64,000 nt of DNA, taken from sequence record PZ386965.1; one strand, written 5' to 3'. A program made the translations under genes and the position numbers. Each line of letters opens with the position of its first letter. Within the stretch, counting starts at the first letter, position 1. This stretch comes from a phage. Positions 1 to 11,434 of the stretch are shown here, piece by piece. Below the pieces are notes generated by a model. That model saw nothing but the letters and a program-made list of their open reading frames with translations. It did not search any database and was not told the origin of the DNA.

Positions 1-546
1 CATGACTAGAGCTTCAGAACCAGGATTTTTCTCAACGAATTCACGTGCTTGGTTATGGGCTTCAAGTTCACTTAGTAAACCACTTCGTTGGCATCCACGG
101 TCTTGAGTACCCTGTTCAGATAAAAAGACGACGATGTATTTTTCATCGTCATACGGTTTAGACGGTTGAGCAAATGTTCCTTTACTTCCAAAAGGAGAGT
201 TATGACGCCACATCACGCCGTGAGGAGTTTCAACCTTCGTATATTCGTGCGGGCCATTTTTCTTAATTTCTTGATGTGGAACTTCGTAGACCTTAGGGTT
301 AGGACATTCAATAAAATGCTCATCTAAATCAGTCGAGAATATTAAAGTGAAACAATTACTGAATTTACCGACACCTGCCTGATAAATTTTACCTTCAGAA
401 GTTCTAATTTCACAAACCGAGCCGGCATCAGTAACTTCTAAAACTTCAAAAGGCTCGATAAGGTCATATGAGAACATGTTTTTAAGGCGTGGAGTAATAT
501 CCCCATTTTTAAAATTCATTTTATAAAAAGTATTAACTTTAAACAT
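1..546 (-). CDS. hypothetical protein, 3' end truncated by window edge (30.x-like early ORF)
   Basis: Open minus-strand frame from ATG at 544-546 (GAGGA SD upstream) running off position 1; not in ORF track because it lacks an in-window stop. Confidence 0.4.
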   Translation of the reverse strand, partial: MFKVNTFYKMNFKNGDITPRLKNMFSYDLIEPFEVLEVTDAGSVCEIRTSEGKIYQAGVGKFSNCFTLIFSTDLDEHFIECPNPKVYEVPHQEIKKNGPHEYTKVETPHGVMWRHNSPFGSKGTFAQPSKPYDDEKYIVVFLSEQGTQDRGCQRSGLLSELEAHNQAREFVEKNPGSEALVM

Positions 547-581
547 AATTTCCTCAGTGGGAGCTTCGGCTCCCAGTTAAA

Positions 582-947
582 TTAGATATCGAATTCGTTA
601 AGAACTACATCAAAGATTGCTTCGAGATGTTCAGGTTTAGCTCGGTTACTCAAGATATGACGAATCCAAGTTTTAACCAGAAGTTTACGATTAACACCAT
701 TCCAGCAAGGATGAGTACCTAAATCGCGCTGACGGAAATCATCATCTAATGCAATTTTAAAATTTGAACCTTCCATCGTGATTGAAACCGTGATGCCATT
801 TTCAAATCGCATATAAACGTAATTAGGAGTCATGCACTGTTCGATTTCACAAACTGTACCGTTTTCGTGTTTCCATAAGCAAATAACTTCAGAAGAACCA
901 GCAATACCGTTAGAAACATATTTACGTTCGAAGTTGATGTAGTTCAT
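582..947 (-). CDS. hypothetical early protein (121 aa)
   Basis: ORF track; preceded by early-promoter motif at 984-1017. Confidence 0.5.
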   Translation of the reverse strand: MNYINFERKYVSNGIAGSSEVICLWKHENGTVCEIEQCMTPNYVYMRFENGITVSITMEGSNFKIALDDDFRQRDLGTHPCWNGVNRKLLVKTWIRHILSNRAKPEHLEAIFDVVLNEFDI

Positions 948-983
948 TTTATTCTCCAGATGTTTAAGTTGTTTGTTGGTACA

Positions 984-1017
984 GGTCTATAATAACATAA
1001 CCTGTACCAAAGTAAAC
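984..1017 (-). promoter_or_regulatory. sigma70-type early promoter
   Basis: Minus strand reads GTTTAC-17 nt-TATTAT; spacer lies inside a 10-bp perfect inverted repeat (TTGGTACAGG...CCTGTACCAA). Confidence 0.45.
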
Positions 1018-1021
1018 ATTT

Positions 1022-1393
1022 TTATTTGATTTTTGTCCACTTAGCTGAATCAATAACACCTTTTGCTTTAATCTTCTCAATTAATGACTCTGCGCGATTT
1101 CTGGCATTTTCGTACCATACAACATCTTCAGAGTAACCAGTTTCTTCATCTTCGTAAGTTTTAGAACGAATACAGCCATAAACTGTAGAATTCAGGCGGT
1201 AAATTTCACCAGTGAAAAAGTTTTCGATTTCGATATGATAACAAAAATCGTCTGAAGGGCCATCAGGAGTTGTACAATAAACCACATCACCTTGAACTGA
1301 ACGAACCATCCACTGTAACTCGTTAACAACTTGAGATTTATATCCATCATGGTCACGGCATTTAATTGTAGCATTTAAATTGATAGTGTTCAT
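1022..1393 (-). CDS. hypothetical early protein (123 aa)
   Basis: ORF track; preceded by early-promoter motif at 1431-1463; N-terminus resembles neighbour 582-947. Confidence 0.5.
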   Translation of the reverse strand: MNTINLNATIKCRDHDGYKSQVVNELQWMVRSVQGDVVYCTTPDGPSDDFCYHIEIENFFTGEIYRLNSTVYGCIRSKTYEDEETGYSEDVVWYENARNRAESLIEKIKAKGVIDSAKWTKIK

Positions 1394-1430
1394 TTTATTC
1401 TCCGGTTGTTTTATTGATTAGGTGGTACAA

Positions 1431-1463
1431 GTCTATAGTAACACATCCTACAGGAGAGTAAAC
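1431..1463 (-). promoter_or_regulatory. sigma70-type early promoter
   Basis: Minus strand GTTTAC ... TACTAT followed by AGAC. Confidence 0.45.
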
Positions 1464-1495
1464 ATCTTTTTAAACTTTTTCTGCCCTAAACGCAC

Positions 1496-1517
1496 AAAAG
1501 GGAGACCGAAGTCTCCC
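1496..1517 (-). terminator. UUCG-tetraloop hairpin, intrinsic terminator-like
   Basis: GGGAGAC-UUCG-GUCUCCC then U-run on minus strand, after the small basic ORF. Confidence 0.5.
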
Positions 1518-1522
1518 TAAAA

Positions 1523-1702
1523 TTATGCAACAACCTTTCCAAAACGAGAAGCATCATCTCGAAGAACTGCACGTGCTCTGCGCATGATCTTCTCAACTGT
1601 TTGATTAATACGAGAGTTCGACCCACGCTTGTATCCAGCGCGTTTAGAGGTACCATCAACTTTCTTTTCAACTGCTTTCTTTGCTTTAGCTTGTTTTGCC
1701 AT
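1523..1702 (-). CDS. small basic protein (MAKQAKAKKAVEKK..., about 59 aa)
   Basis: ORF 1523-1744 trimmed to internal ATG at 1702; Lys/Arg-rich; followed by UUCG hairpin. Confidence 0.4.
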   Translation of the reverse strand: MAKQAKAKKAVEKKVDGTSKRAGYKRGSNSRINQTVEKIMRRARAVLRDDASRFGKVVA

Positions 1703-1999
1703 TATAAATTCTCTTTTAAATGAAAATGCAGGACTTATTGGCATTGCCTGCGCAAGCCCTCAAGGGGAACATAGGTTTTGGATATTTAACGACAGGATAA
1801 CCATAAACCTCGTCATCATACCAACCACGACTTAGACAGATAACCTTTTTCTGACGCGTGATAGTACAAAATACATTCAAGAGGTACACCGTAAAACTGC
1901 CGGGGTCTTAAAACTATAATGATTCGCAAATCATTAATCATACAGTTCGACGGCTCCTCGATTTTCTAGCCGCACTTAAGGTAGCGAATCACCTAAAAC

Positions 2000-2248
2000 T
2001 TATTTAAGGGTAATAACAAAATGACGTACTGCTTTACGAGCTGCAGAAGCCAAAGGCTTAGCATATTTCAGTTCATCTTTTGCTTCCAGTTCAGAGGCCA
2101 AAGCTGCCTGTACCGGGTTCAGATGTTTGAAATAACGCAGGATTTCCAGTGCTTCGGCTTCAACATCAATCGACGCGCCGTAGTTTTCGTGACCGTTATT
2201 CCATGCGTTTCGTTGCAGTTCAAGAGCGTGTTGTAATTGTTTAATCAT
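2000..2248 (-). CDS. rIII: rIII lysis-inhibition accessory protein (82 aa)
   Basis: 82-aa ORF adjacent to gene 31 as in T4; sequence recognisable as rIII. Confidence 0.7.
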   Translation of the reverse strand: MIKQLQHALELQRNAWNNGHENYGASIDVEAEALEILRYFKHLNPVQAALASELEAKDELKYAKPLASAARKAVRHFVITLK

Positions 2249-2364
2249 TTTAAATTCTCAATTCGAGATAATATTTAGTAGCCACGTTCGTCTGAATTTC
2301 ACCTTCTTTCGACAAGTCTCTCAGTTGTAGGCTACCGCTTAGAAGAGTGTTCTCTTCATATAGT

Positions 2365-2372
2365 TATTTATA
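2365..2372 (-). promoter_or_regulatory. possible late promoter TATAAATA (rIII)
   Basis: TATAAATA on minus strand about 117 nt upstream of rIII. Confidence 0.35.
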
Positions 2373-2705
2373 TCACTTATAAAGACACGGAATAGCTTTA
2401 TAGTGGCATGTTACGAATTTCTGTTTAATTTCTTTAGGTTGTTTAAGTCCCAAAGCCACAAATGGATGTGGAACATTTCGAATTTGTCCAACTGGTAGTG
2501 AAGTCAAATCACCGACTTCAACAAAACCTTCAGGAACATCAGGACCTACAGAATGAACTACACATAGTTCAGGAACTTCACCTTGAACACGTTTACCAAT
2601 CACAAGTCCTGATTCGGTAACTTCTTCATCACCTGCTTGAGCGGGTTCAGAAACCAGAATGACATATTCACCAACAGCACGAATTGGGAGTTGTACTTCA
2701 GACAT
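2373..2705 (-). CDS. 31: gp31 co-chaperonin (GroES analogue)
   Basis: 110 aa, [28 protein letters not shown]... recognisable as T4 gp31. Confidence 0.85.
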   Translation of the reverse strand: MSEVQLPIRAVGEYVILVSEPAQAGDEEVTESGLVIGKRVQGEVPELCVVHSVGPDVPEGFVEVGDLTSLPVGQIRNVPHPFVALGLKQPKEIKQKFVTCHYKAIPCLYK

Positions 2706-2735
2706 CTTATTTCCTTGTTGTTTGACGATAGATTA

Positions 2736-2760
2736 ATAATACCATACTATTCGTAAAGCA
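2736..2760 (-). promoter_or_regulatory. possible MotA-dependent middle promoter for gene 31
   Basis: Minus strand ATGCTTTA (MotA-box-like) then 12 nt then TATTAT. Confidence 0.35.
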
Positions 2761-2762
2761 TA

Positions 2763-3071
2763 TTACATAAGAAGCAAACGTTCTACCGGAGTACCATCAA
2801 CAGAAATTACTTTATCAAGGCGGAAAGAACGCCACTGACCTAACTCGGTATCGAATGCTCGAACTGATTCACGAGGTTCATAACGAACTTCTGTTGCCGG
2901 ATTGTTATTTTCATATTTGACTTCAAGTTCATCGCGCGAAGCAAACATAGTGCGTACCTCGCCGTTAGCCTTTTCAAATACAACACAATGAACGCCTACA
3001 GACAGAATAGTTTTAATACGTTCACGAAGAACCATAGTTTCTTGTTCAGTTAAAATCATATTATTCACCAC
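2763..3071 (-). CDS. hypothetical protein (31.1-like by position)
   Basis: ORF track; lies between cd and gene 31. Confidence 0.45.
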   Translation of the reverse strand: MVNNMILTEQETMVLRERIKTILSVGVHCVVFEKANGEVRTMFASRDELEVKYENNNPATEVRYEPRESVRAFDTELGQWRSFRLDKVISVDGTPVERLLLM

Positions 3072-3642
3072 AAAAGTTTCGGATTTGTTCCCAATTCAGA
3101 GAACGAAGATTATTACGAGAGTACTGAATTACTTCAATACCGGCTTGTTTTAGAATGTCTGCCCAATTTTCAGGAGATCTGTCATATAATTCTGCATATA
3201 CAACCTTTTTAATACCTGACTGTGTAATAGCTTTAGTGCAATCAGGACATGGAGAAAGCGTCGTATACAACGTAGCACCTTCAATAGAATTACCTTTACG
3301 AGCTGCAAACAAAATTGCATTCAATTCCGCATGGATTTCATTATTAGCAGACCATGCACTATGAGCGGCCCGATGTTCTTTAGCCAAAACAAAATTATCC
3401 ACCCGTCCAAATGCTGTAGTGCCTTCTTTATGCCCAGCAACGATGACCGGGCTTGGTTTATTCTTCAACCAACCGTTTTCGGATGCATGTTCGCAACAGT
3501 TTGTACCACCTGAAGGAGAGCCATTATAACCTGTAGAAATAATGCGTCCATCTTTTTCAATGACGGCACCAACTTTCCATGAACAACATTTTGATTCTTG
3601 AGAAATCAGATAAGCAATCTGAAGATATGTGCTAGCTTTCAT
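3061..3642 (-). CDS. cd: dCMP deaminase
   Basis: 193 aa with zinc-dependent deaminase motifs HAELNAI and SPCPDC. Confidence 0.9.
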   Translation of the reverse strand: MKASTYLQIAYLISQESKCCSWKVGAVIEKDGRIISTGYNGSPSGGTNCCEHASENGWLKNKPSPVIVAGHKEGTTAFGRVDNFVLAKEHRAAHSAWSANNEIHAELNAILFAARKGNSIEGATLYTTLSPCPDCTKAITQSGIKKVVYAELYDRSPENWADILKQAGIEVIQYSRNNLRSLNWEQIRNFCGE

Positions 3643-4634
3643 TATTGAACCTTATTAATATGAGTTAACAGCTCTTTAGTTTGTTCCCAACTGATGCACG
3701 CATCGGTAACGGAAACGCCATAGGACATATTATCAGAAATTTTTTGATTTCCTTCATGTAGGAATGATTCTATCATAATTCCTTTGACCAAATCATTAGC
3801 TGCTAAATTTTTACCAATACCAATTTGATTGCTATAATGCCCAGCAGCGTTTGCATGGCTACAGTCAACCATTACATAATGATTCAGACCTACGGCCCTT
3901 GCTTTGTTAGAAGCTTCTTGAATATCAGAAGAATGATAGTTCGGGCCATTGGTCCCGCCACGCAATACGATATGCGTATTCTGATTACCTTCAGCTTCAA
4001 CAATGCCTACAGTACCATCGACGTCCATACCCATATACCGATGAGGCCAGGCGGCACTATACATCGCGTCTGTAGCTACTTTAATAGAACCATTGGTTGC
4101 GTTCTTGAAGCCTACGCACATCGGTAGACCTGAAGCAATTTCACGATGTGTCTGACTTTCAGTCGTACGGGCGCCAATAGCAACCCATGAGAAAATACCA
4201 GAAAGATACTTAATCGTGAATGGGTCTAATACTTCAGTTGCTAATGGAAGTCCCATACGTAGAAGTTTACGACACAATGTTCGTGCAACTATAAGACCGT
4301 GGTTCATATCAAAACTTCCGTCAAGATATGGATCATTTACAAGACCTTTCCAACCTACGGTAGTTCGAGGCTTTTCAAAATAAACGCGCATCACTAACAG
4401 AACATTAGGAAGACGAGTTTGAAGTTCAGCCAGACGTTTGCCGTATTCAACAGCAGCAATAGGGTCATGAATTGAACAAGGACCTACAACAATAAGTTTG
4501 CGTGGGTCTTCACCATTCATAATCGAATTAACTTGTTCGCGATGAGAAGCCACTTGTGATGCGTAAGCTTCCGACAAAGGAATAATCTCAGCCAGTTCTT
4601 TTGGAGAAATAAGTTTTCCGACGACAGGTAACAT
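3642..4634 (-). CDS. 3-deoxy-7-phosphoheptulonate (DAHP) synthase, class I (AroG/AroF-like)
   Basis: 330 aa with IVVGPCSIHD, MRVYFEKPRTTVGWKGL, GARTTESQTHRE motifs of AroG-type DAHP synthase; stop overlaps cd start (TAATG). Confidence 0.9.
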   Translation of the reverse strand: MLPVVGKLISPKELAEIIPLSEAYASQVASHREQVNSIMNGEDPRKLIVVGPCSIHDPIAAVEYGKRLAELQTRLPNVLLVMRVYFEKPRTTVGWKGLVNDPYLDGSFDMNHGLIVARTLCRKLLRMGLPLATEVLDPFTIKYLSGIFSWVAIGARTTESQTHREIASGLPMCVGFKNATNGSIKVATDAMYSAAWPHRYMGMDVDGTVGIVEAEGNQNTHIVLRGGTNGPNYHSSDIQEASNKARAVGLNHYVMVDCSHANAAGHYSNQIGIGKNLAANDLVKGIMIESFLHEGNQKISDNMSYGVSVTDACISWEQTKELLTHINKVQ

Positions 4635-4754
4635 AACAATCCTTAGGAGATATAAACAGATTCTGATTCAACAATACCTTTAACCGGATTAGACAGGCTA
4701 AGTTGGTAGTGCTCAGATTTATGACCATTCTCGATAGTAATGAGATAGCTCTCG

Positions 4755-4991
4755 TTATAGTGTTCCATATACTCGAGTTGCTTCAACAAGACCATCACTG
4801 CCTAATTTAAGATTAGTAATTTGGTCACCATCTTTAGGATTTACAATTATGAGAAAAGAACGTGGAGATTCTTGAATAACTCGTAATGTTGCATCCTGGA
4901 AACGTTCAGATACTTTATTAATCAAAGTCTGAGCGAACTCTTTTACTTTAACATGAAATTCTTGAAGCGTGATAGGTTTTTCACTTAACAT
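4755..4991 (-). CDS. hypothetical protein (78 aa)
   Basis: ORF track; same strand and spacing as flanking early genes. Confidence 0.45.
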   Translation of the reverse strand: MLSEKPITLQEFHVKVKEFAQTLINKVSERFQDATLRVIQESPRSFLIIVNPKDGDQITNLKLGSDGLVEATRVYGTL

Positions 4992-5052
4992 TCTGTTTTC
5001 CTCATTGTGTTGGTAGAGTCATAGTATCACAACTCCACCATGTTGTAAACCA

Positions 5053-5328
5053 TTAAATTGCTTTGCATTCAATTTTTTGTGTACCGAAATTGATATCACA
5101 TTGGATAACTAAATCGCCGTCAAGATCAAATACCACTATGACGTGTGCAGACCCAGGGAGAAGAGTAATAGCAATAGAATCTACTTGGTCCGGGAGCAAA
5201 GCATTGAGTACATGAGTTAGTTGAGCATGAACTCTGAGTTCGGCTGCATTATCAAGCACTTCAAACATATTATTAGCAATAATCTGACTGAAGACTACCT
5301 TTACAATTTCAGAATAAGTTGGGAACAT
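5053..5328 (-). CDS. hypothetical protein (91 aa)
   Basis: ORF track. Confidence 0.45.
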   Translation of the reverse strand: MFPTYSEIVKVVFSQIIANNMFEVLDNAAELRVHAQLTHVLNALLPDQVDSIAITLLPGSAHVIVVFDLDGDLVIQCDINFGTQKIECKAI

Positions 5329-5335
5329 AATTACC

Positions 5336-5560
5336 TCAGTGTACAGTATTTACTTTAACTCGAACAACAAATCGCTCGGTCGGTTCACCTACAGGAACAA
5401 ACTCTACATGATATTCGCCTTTGTAACGAGTATTCAGATCATTACGAATTCCTGCGAGTTTGTTGATTAATGTAGGACTCATATTAAGTCCCACTAGTTT
5501 ACGAAGCATTTTGTATGCTTCATCTTCGATTTCATGATGTTTATCGTACATAGTTTTCAT
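5336..5560 (-). CDS. hypothetical protein (74 aa)
   Basis: ORF track. Confidence 0.45.
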   Translation of the reverse strand: MKTMYDKHHEIEDEAYKMLRKLVGLNMSPTLINKLAGIRNDLNTRYKGEYHVEFVPVGEPTERFVVRVKVNTVH

Positions 5561-5731
5561 TTAACCATTCAATTGCCTGGTCGACGTTATCAAATATACC
5601 GCCGTCCAACCATTCTTCATGTTCATAGTCCAGCACATCAATACCGAACCGTCCATTTACTAAAGGCCATACTACAAACAAATATTCTTTATGCCGTTCA
5701 ATGGCCTCGATCACTTCGTATAATCGTTTCA

Positions 5732-5732
<1 letters not shown>
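5541..5732 (-). CDS. hypothetical protein (63 aa)
   Basis: ORF track; immediately downstream of pseT. Confidence 0.45.
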
Positions 5733-6818
<1,086 letters not shown>

Positions 6819-6819
<1 letters not shown>

Positions 6820-7118
6820 TATTTTATTCCTAAGAAAATTTCAAGAATACGAATGTTATGCTCGCGCCGGTCTTTATTAATTTCAGCAACGTTTTTATTA
6901 ATTGACGTACTTCTAACGTTTGAAGAAATAAATTTAATCATATGACTTTTGAGTTGTTGCAAATCCAACCCTTTTTCTTTAGCAGCTTTACGAAGAGCTT
7001 TACCTGCTTCATCTAGTGCCTTTGCTGCATCTTTGTCATAATTGCCAAGTGACATTCCACGACAGATATCAATATACTCATCAGACCGTTTGATGTAATT
7101 CTCTAGTAATGTTTTCAT
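6819..7118 (-). CDS. hypothetical protein (99 aa)
   Basis: ORF track; early promoter motif at 7147-7176. Confidence 0.45.
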
Positions 7119-7146
7119 TTAGATTTCCTCAATTATCCATAGGAGC

Positions 7147-7176
7147 ATTATACTCTGCTCCCGAGAGTTTGTAAAC
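7147..7176 (-). promoter_or_regulatory. sigma70-type early promoter
   Basis: Minus strand GTTTAC-18 nt-TATAAT; near-duplicate of motif at 35308-35336. Confidence 0.45.
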
Positions 7177-7400
7177 TATTTTACTAAAGATTCGATATAC
7201 TCATGAAGAGCTTTAGTCGCTACTGCCCACTTGTTCTGATATTCATTTTTCAGATTAGCACGAGACTGAACTAACAAGCGGTCATTAGTCGGAGGCAAAG
7301 ATTCTAATCGTTGAATCTGGCGCCCATAAATCATAGCCGCCATTTCAGATTCATAGATAAGCCCTTTAATGTATTCGTGCTGTTCTTTAGTCATTGGCAT
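7176..7400 (-). CDS. hypothetical protein (74 aa)
   Basis: ORF track. Confidence 0.45.
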   Translation of the reverse strand: MPMTKEQHEYIKGLIYESEMAAMIYGRQIQRLESLPPTNDRLLVQSRANLKNEYQNKWAVATKALHEYIESLVK

Positions 7401-7681
7401 TTTTCCTCTTTTAAACCACTACGATAATAACATAACATAGTCTTCTGGTCATGTACATATCTTTTTAAGTCGTTTAACCAGATACGAAATTCTTGAGAGT
7501 CTTCAAATGGCATTCCAACCCATGGATTACCATCAATAACCTTTACTTGCCATTTCTGGTTATATTCAATAATAGATTCAGGCCATGGTGGATGTAAAGT
7601 TTCTTTAGGGCTTAAGGGCACATCCTGGGCACATCCAGCCAAAATGCCAATAGATAATACAACTGCGGTTAATTTAATCAT
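7391..7681 (-). CDS. outer-membrane lipoprotein, o-spanin-like (pseT.2 position)
   Basis: Signal peptide with lipobox (LAGC) at N-terminus; immediately follows a membrane-anchored coiled-coil ORF. Confidence 0.5.
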   Translation of the reverse strand: MIKLTAVVLSIGILAGCAQDVPLSPKETLHPPWPESIIEYNQKWQVKVIDGNPWVGMPFEDSQEFRIWLNDLKRYVHDQKTMLCYYRSGLKEEKCQ

Positions 7682-8034
7682 TCTGAGAGCTTCCTGAGGT
7701 CTTCTGCAAAGGAATCGAAGGACCTGTTGATTTGTTTTTCGACCAATCCTGGCTTACTTGCCACCACGTTCTTCTTCTTCGAATCCTTACGGAGCTTTTC
7801 ATTTTCGGCCTTAAGTTGGTCAACTAAAACACGGTTCTTATAAGTCATTTCTTCGATTGACTGATATTGAATCTTGAAGTCGTCTAATACTTTAGCATTG
7901 TTTTTAGCAGTCTCTTTAACAGAAGCCAATTCAGTATTCAGCGAATCGACTTTATGGTTCAGAAATGCTATTGTTACAGTAGCAACAACCGCAAAAGCTG
8001 CCACTACAATATATGATGCATTTACTTTAAGCAT
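7678..8034 (-). CDS. membrane-anchored coiled-coil protein, i-spanin-like (pseT.3 position)
   Basis: N-terminal hydrophobic helix then long charged coiled-coil region; stop overlaps lipoprotein start. Confidence 0.5.
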   Translation of the reverse strand: MLKVNASYIVVAAFAVVATVTIAFLNHKVDSLNTELASVKETAKNNAKVLDDFKIQYQSIEEMTYKNRVLVDQLKAENEKLRKDSKKKNVVASKPGLVEKQINRSFDSFAEDLRKLSE

Positions 8035-8522
8035 GTTTGAATAATCTCAATGATTTCGTCTCGGGATAATCCATTGATAAGAACTGTTTTAGGCCCATCA
8101 GTTTGGATTTTGTAGGTCTCAAACATTACACACAACTCTTCTGCTGTATGATATGGACTTGAGATTCCGAGACGGTTGAATTTGTCGGTAAGAGGGTCGC
8201 AAATGATGTAGAATTTTATACCTGCGATATGTACGTTGGGTTGACTAATATTAACGAACACATTAGCGTCATATTTAGTCAAATTGTTTTGAAGAAATTC
8301 TACCATAGCATTAACTGCTTCCGGCATTGCTTCGCGTTTCTCTTCAGCGTATCGGGTGGAATATTCCTTTTGCTTTAACTTCTTTTTAGCATTTTTCGCT
8401 AGAGTAGTACGAAGGTCCGTAAGATAACCAACTGGACGGCCTTTCTTAAAGACTCGGATTCCATCTGTAGAATCACCAAATGCTGCCACAACCATATCGT
8501 TAGTAATCAATTGCATATTCAT
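8022..8522 (-). CDS. alc: Alc-like host transcription inhibitor (by size and position)
   Basis: 166 aa ORF between rnlA and the spanin-like pair, as alc is in T4. Confidence 0.5.
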   Translation of the reverse strand: MNMQLITNDMVVAAFGDSTDGIRVFKKGRPVGYLTDLRTTLAKNAKKKLKQKEYSTRYAEEKREAMPEAVNAMVEFLQNNLTKYDANVFVNISQPNVHIAGIKFYIICDPLTDKFNRLGISSPYHTAEELCVMFETYKIQTDGPKTVLINGLSRDEIIEIIQTCLK

Positions 8523-8553
8523 AATTTTCTCCTCGTGTTGTTGATAAAAACCA

Positions 8554-8582
8554 TAGTAACACCATCCTTGGTGTTTGTAAAC
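8554..8582 (-). promoter_or_regulatory. sigma70-type early promoter (alc)
   Basis: Minus strand GTTTAC-17 nt-TACTAT. Confidence 0.45.
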
Positions 8583-8584
8583 CG

Positions 8585-9718
<1,134 letters not shown>

Positions 9719-9735
9719 TCAGTTAGTTTTTTTAA

Positions 9736-9765
9736 ATTGTACCACAATCCTTGTGGTATGTAAAC
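9736..9765 (-). promoter_or_regulatory. sigma70-type early promoter (rnlA)
   Basis: Minus strand GTTTAC-18 nt-TACAAT; spacer holds inverted repeat ACCACAA-TCC-TTGTGGT. Confidence 0.4.
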
Positions 9766-10175
9766 TACTTTTTCTTATGTTGGATATTCCAAGGCGGGTT
9801 GAACTTTTTGATAAAAAGTGGTTCTTCAAGGTCCATTGTTGCGATGGTCATTGAACCAAGTTCGTTGGTGACTGAAAGGTCAAAACATTGGCGGGCCCAG
9901 AATTCAACCTTTTTGCCTTGCATTAAGGCATCCAAAATCATAAGTGATTTTCTTGAATCTGAAGTCTGGTCTTTTCGATTTATGGCTGTTCGATAATAGT
10001 TAATGCGTTTCTTTAAATTCTTGGTTTTACCAATATATACAAGTTCGTCATCTATAGCAATAGCGTATATGACATTTTTCTTATTAGGGACATCAACTGT
10101 TTTAATTGTTGCATCTTCTAATAGCTCCAATTCTGTATATTTAATAAAGGAATATTCGGCGGCAATATCTTTCAT
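9765..10175 (-). CDS. denA: endonuclease II (GIY-YIG family)
   Basis: 136 aa with IYAIAID...VYIGKT GIY-YIG motif; located between rnlA and nrdB. Confidence 0.75.
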   Translation of the reverse strand: MKDIAAEYSFIKYTELELLEDATIKTVDVPNKKNVIYAIAIDDELVYIGKTKNLKKRINYYRTAINRKDQTSDSRKSLMILDALMQGKKVEFWARQCFDLSVTNELGSMTIATMDLEEPLFIKKFNPPWNIQHKKK

Positions 10176-10201
10176 AATAAAGTGGGACCGAAGTCCCGTC
10201 C

Positions 10202-11380
10202 TTAGAAATATTTTTTGTATGAATTGATTACATTTTGGTCTACATCATTATCAATTTGTGCGACAAGATAAGAACTGATTTCAACTTCCTGAGGAGCTGC
10301 TTGAACTAAATCGGAGTTCAGATATTCACGAATCCAAGGATACGGATGCTTGGTCGGAGCATTAGTGATTGGGCATGGCAAACCACACTGCTTCATACGA
10401 GACACAGTCAAGTAATCAACAAAAGCACACATACTCTGCGTATTGATACCTGGACATGTACCGTCTTTAAAGAGGTGTGCAGCCCATTCCTTCTCTTGTC
10501 TATTTACTTCCATAAAAATATCAACTGCTTCTTGTTCACATTCTTTAGCAATTTGAACCCACTCATCACCATCAGTACCAGATTGAAGTTGACGGATAAT
10601 GTACTGAGTACCCTTGAGGTGGAGTTGCTCGTCACGAGCAATGAACTTCATAATCTTTGCATTACCTTCCATAATTTCCATATTTTTATGGAAGTTGAAA
10701 GTACATGCAAATGATACGTAAAAACGAATAGCTTCCAAGGCGTTGATAACATGCAAACAGAGATAAAGAGACTTCATTAGGTCATGTTTACATTCTTCCA
10801 TGTGCATAAGACTATTTGAATATGCATCTAAATCATATTCATTTTCAGAAAAACATTTAAAAATTTCTTTAGCATTTTCCCATTCACGGGTTTTAATCAG
10901 AACGTCATCATAATAACGTCCAATGGATTCAGCGCGTTTCATAATAGCTTCATCTAATACAATTTCATCAAATACCTTCGATGGATCGGTATAAAGATTT
11001 CGCATAATATGAGTATACGAACGAGAGTGAATAGTTTCACTGAATGTCCATGTTGCGACCCATGTATCTAATGAAGGGTCAGAAATCAGTGCCATAAGTA
11101 CCGCAGATGGGGCCCTGCCTTGGATAGAATCTAATAATGATTGATACTTAAGATTGTTTGTAAAGATGTCCTGTTGGAACTGAGGAAGCTTATTGAACTG
11201 CGCAGAGTCCAACATCAAGTTTACCTCTTCTGGGCGCCAGAAAAACGACAATTGCTTTTCAATAAGTTCTTCAAAAACTTTATGACGCTGAATATCATAC
11301 CGTGCGAGGCCAAGACCAGAACCAAAGAACATCGGTTCATTCAAAACATCGACTTGTTGCGTGTTAAAAACTGTACTCAT
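10202..11380 (-). CDS. nrdB: ribonucleotide reductase class Ia small (beta) subunit
   Basis: 392 aa; di-iron ferritin-like motifs (EAIRFYVSF..., ARDEQLH); uninterrupted, no intron. Confidence 0.9.
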   Translation of the reverse strand: MSTVFNTQQVDVLNEPMFFGSGLGLARYDIQRHKVFEELIEKQLSFFWRPEEVNLMLDSAQFNKLPQFQQDIFTNNLKYQSLLDSIQGRAPSAVLMALISDPSLDTWVATWTFSETIHSRSYTHIMRNLYTDPSKVFDEIVLDEAIMKRAESIGRYYDDVLIKTREWENAKEIFKCFSENEYDLDAYSNSLMHMEECKHDLMKSLYLCLHVINALEAIRFYVSFACTFNFHKNMEIMEGNAKIMKFIARDEQLHLKGTQYIIRQLQSGTDGDEWVQIAKECEQEAVDIFMEVNRQEKEWAAHLFKDGTCPGINTQSMCAFVDYLTVSRMKQCGLPCPITNAPTKHPYPWIREYLNSDLVQAAPQEVEISSYLVAQIDNDVDQNVINSYKKYF

Positions 11381-11434
11381 TATATTTTCTCACTTAGTTA
11401 TAACTCATCCATGAGTAAATTATAATCAAAAGTC

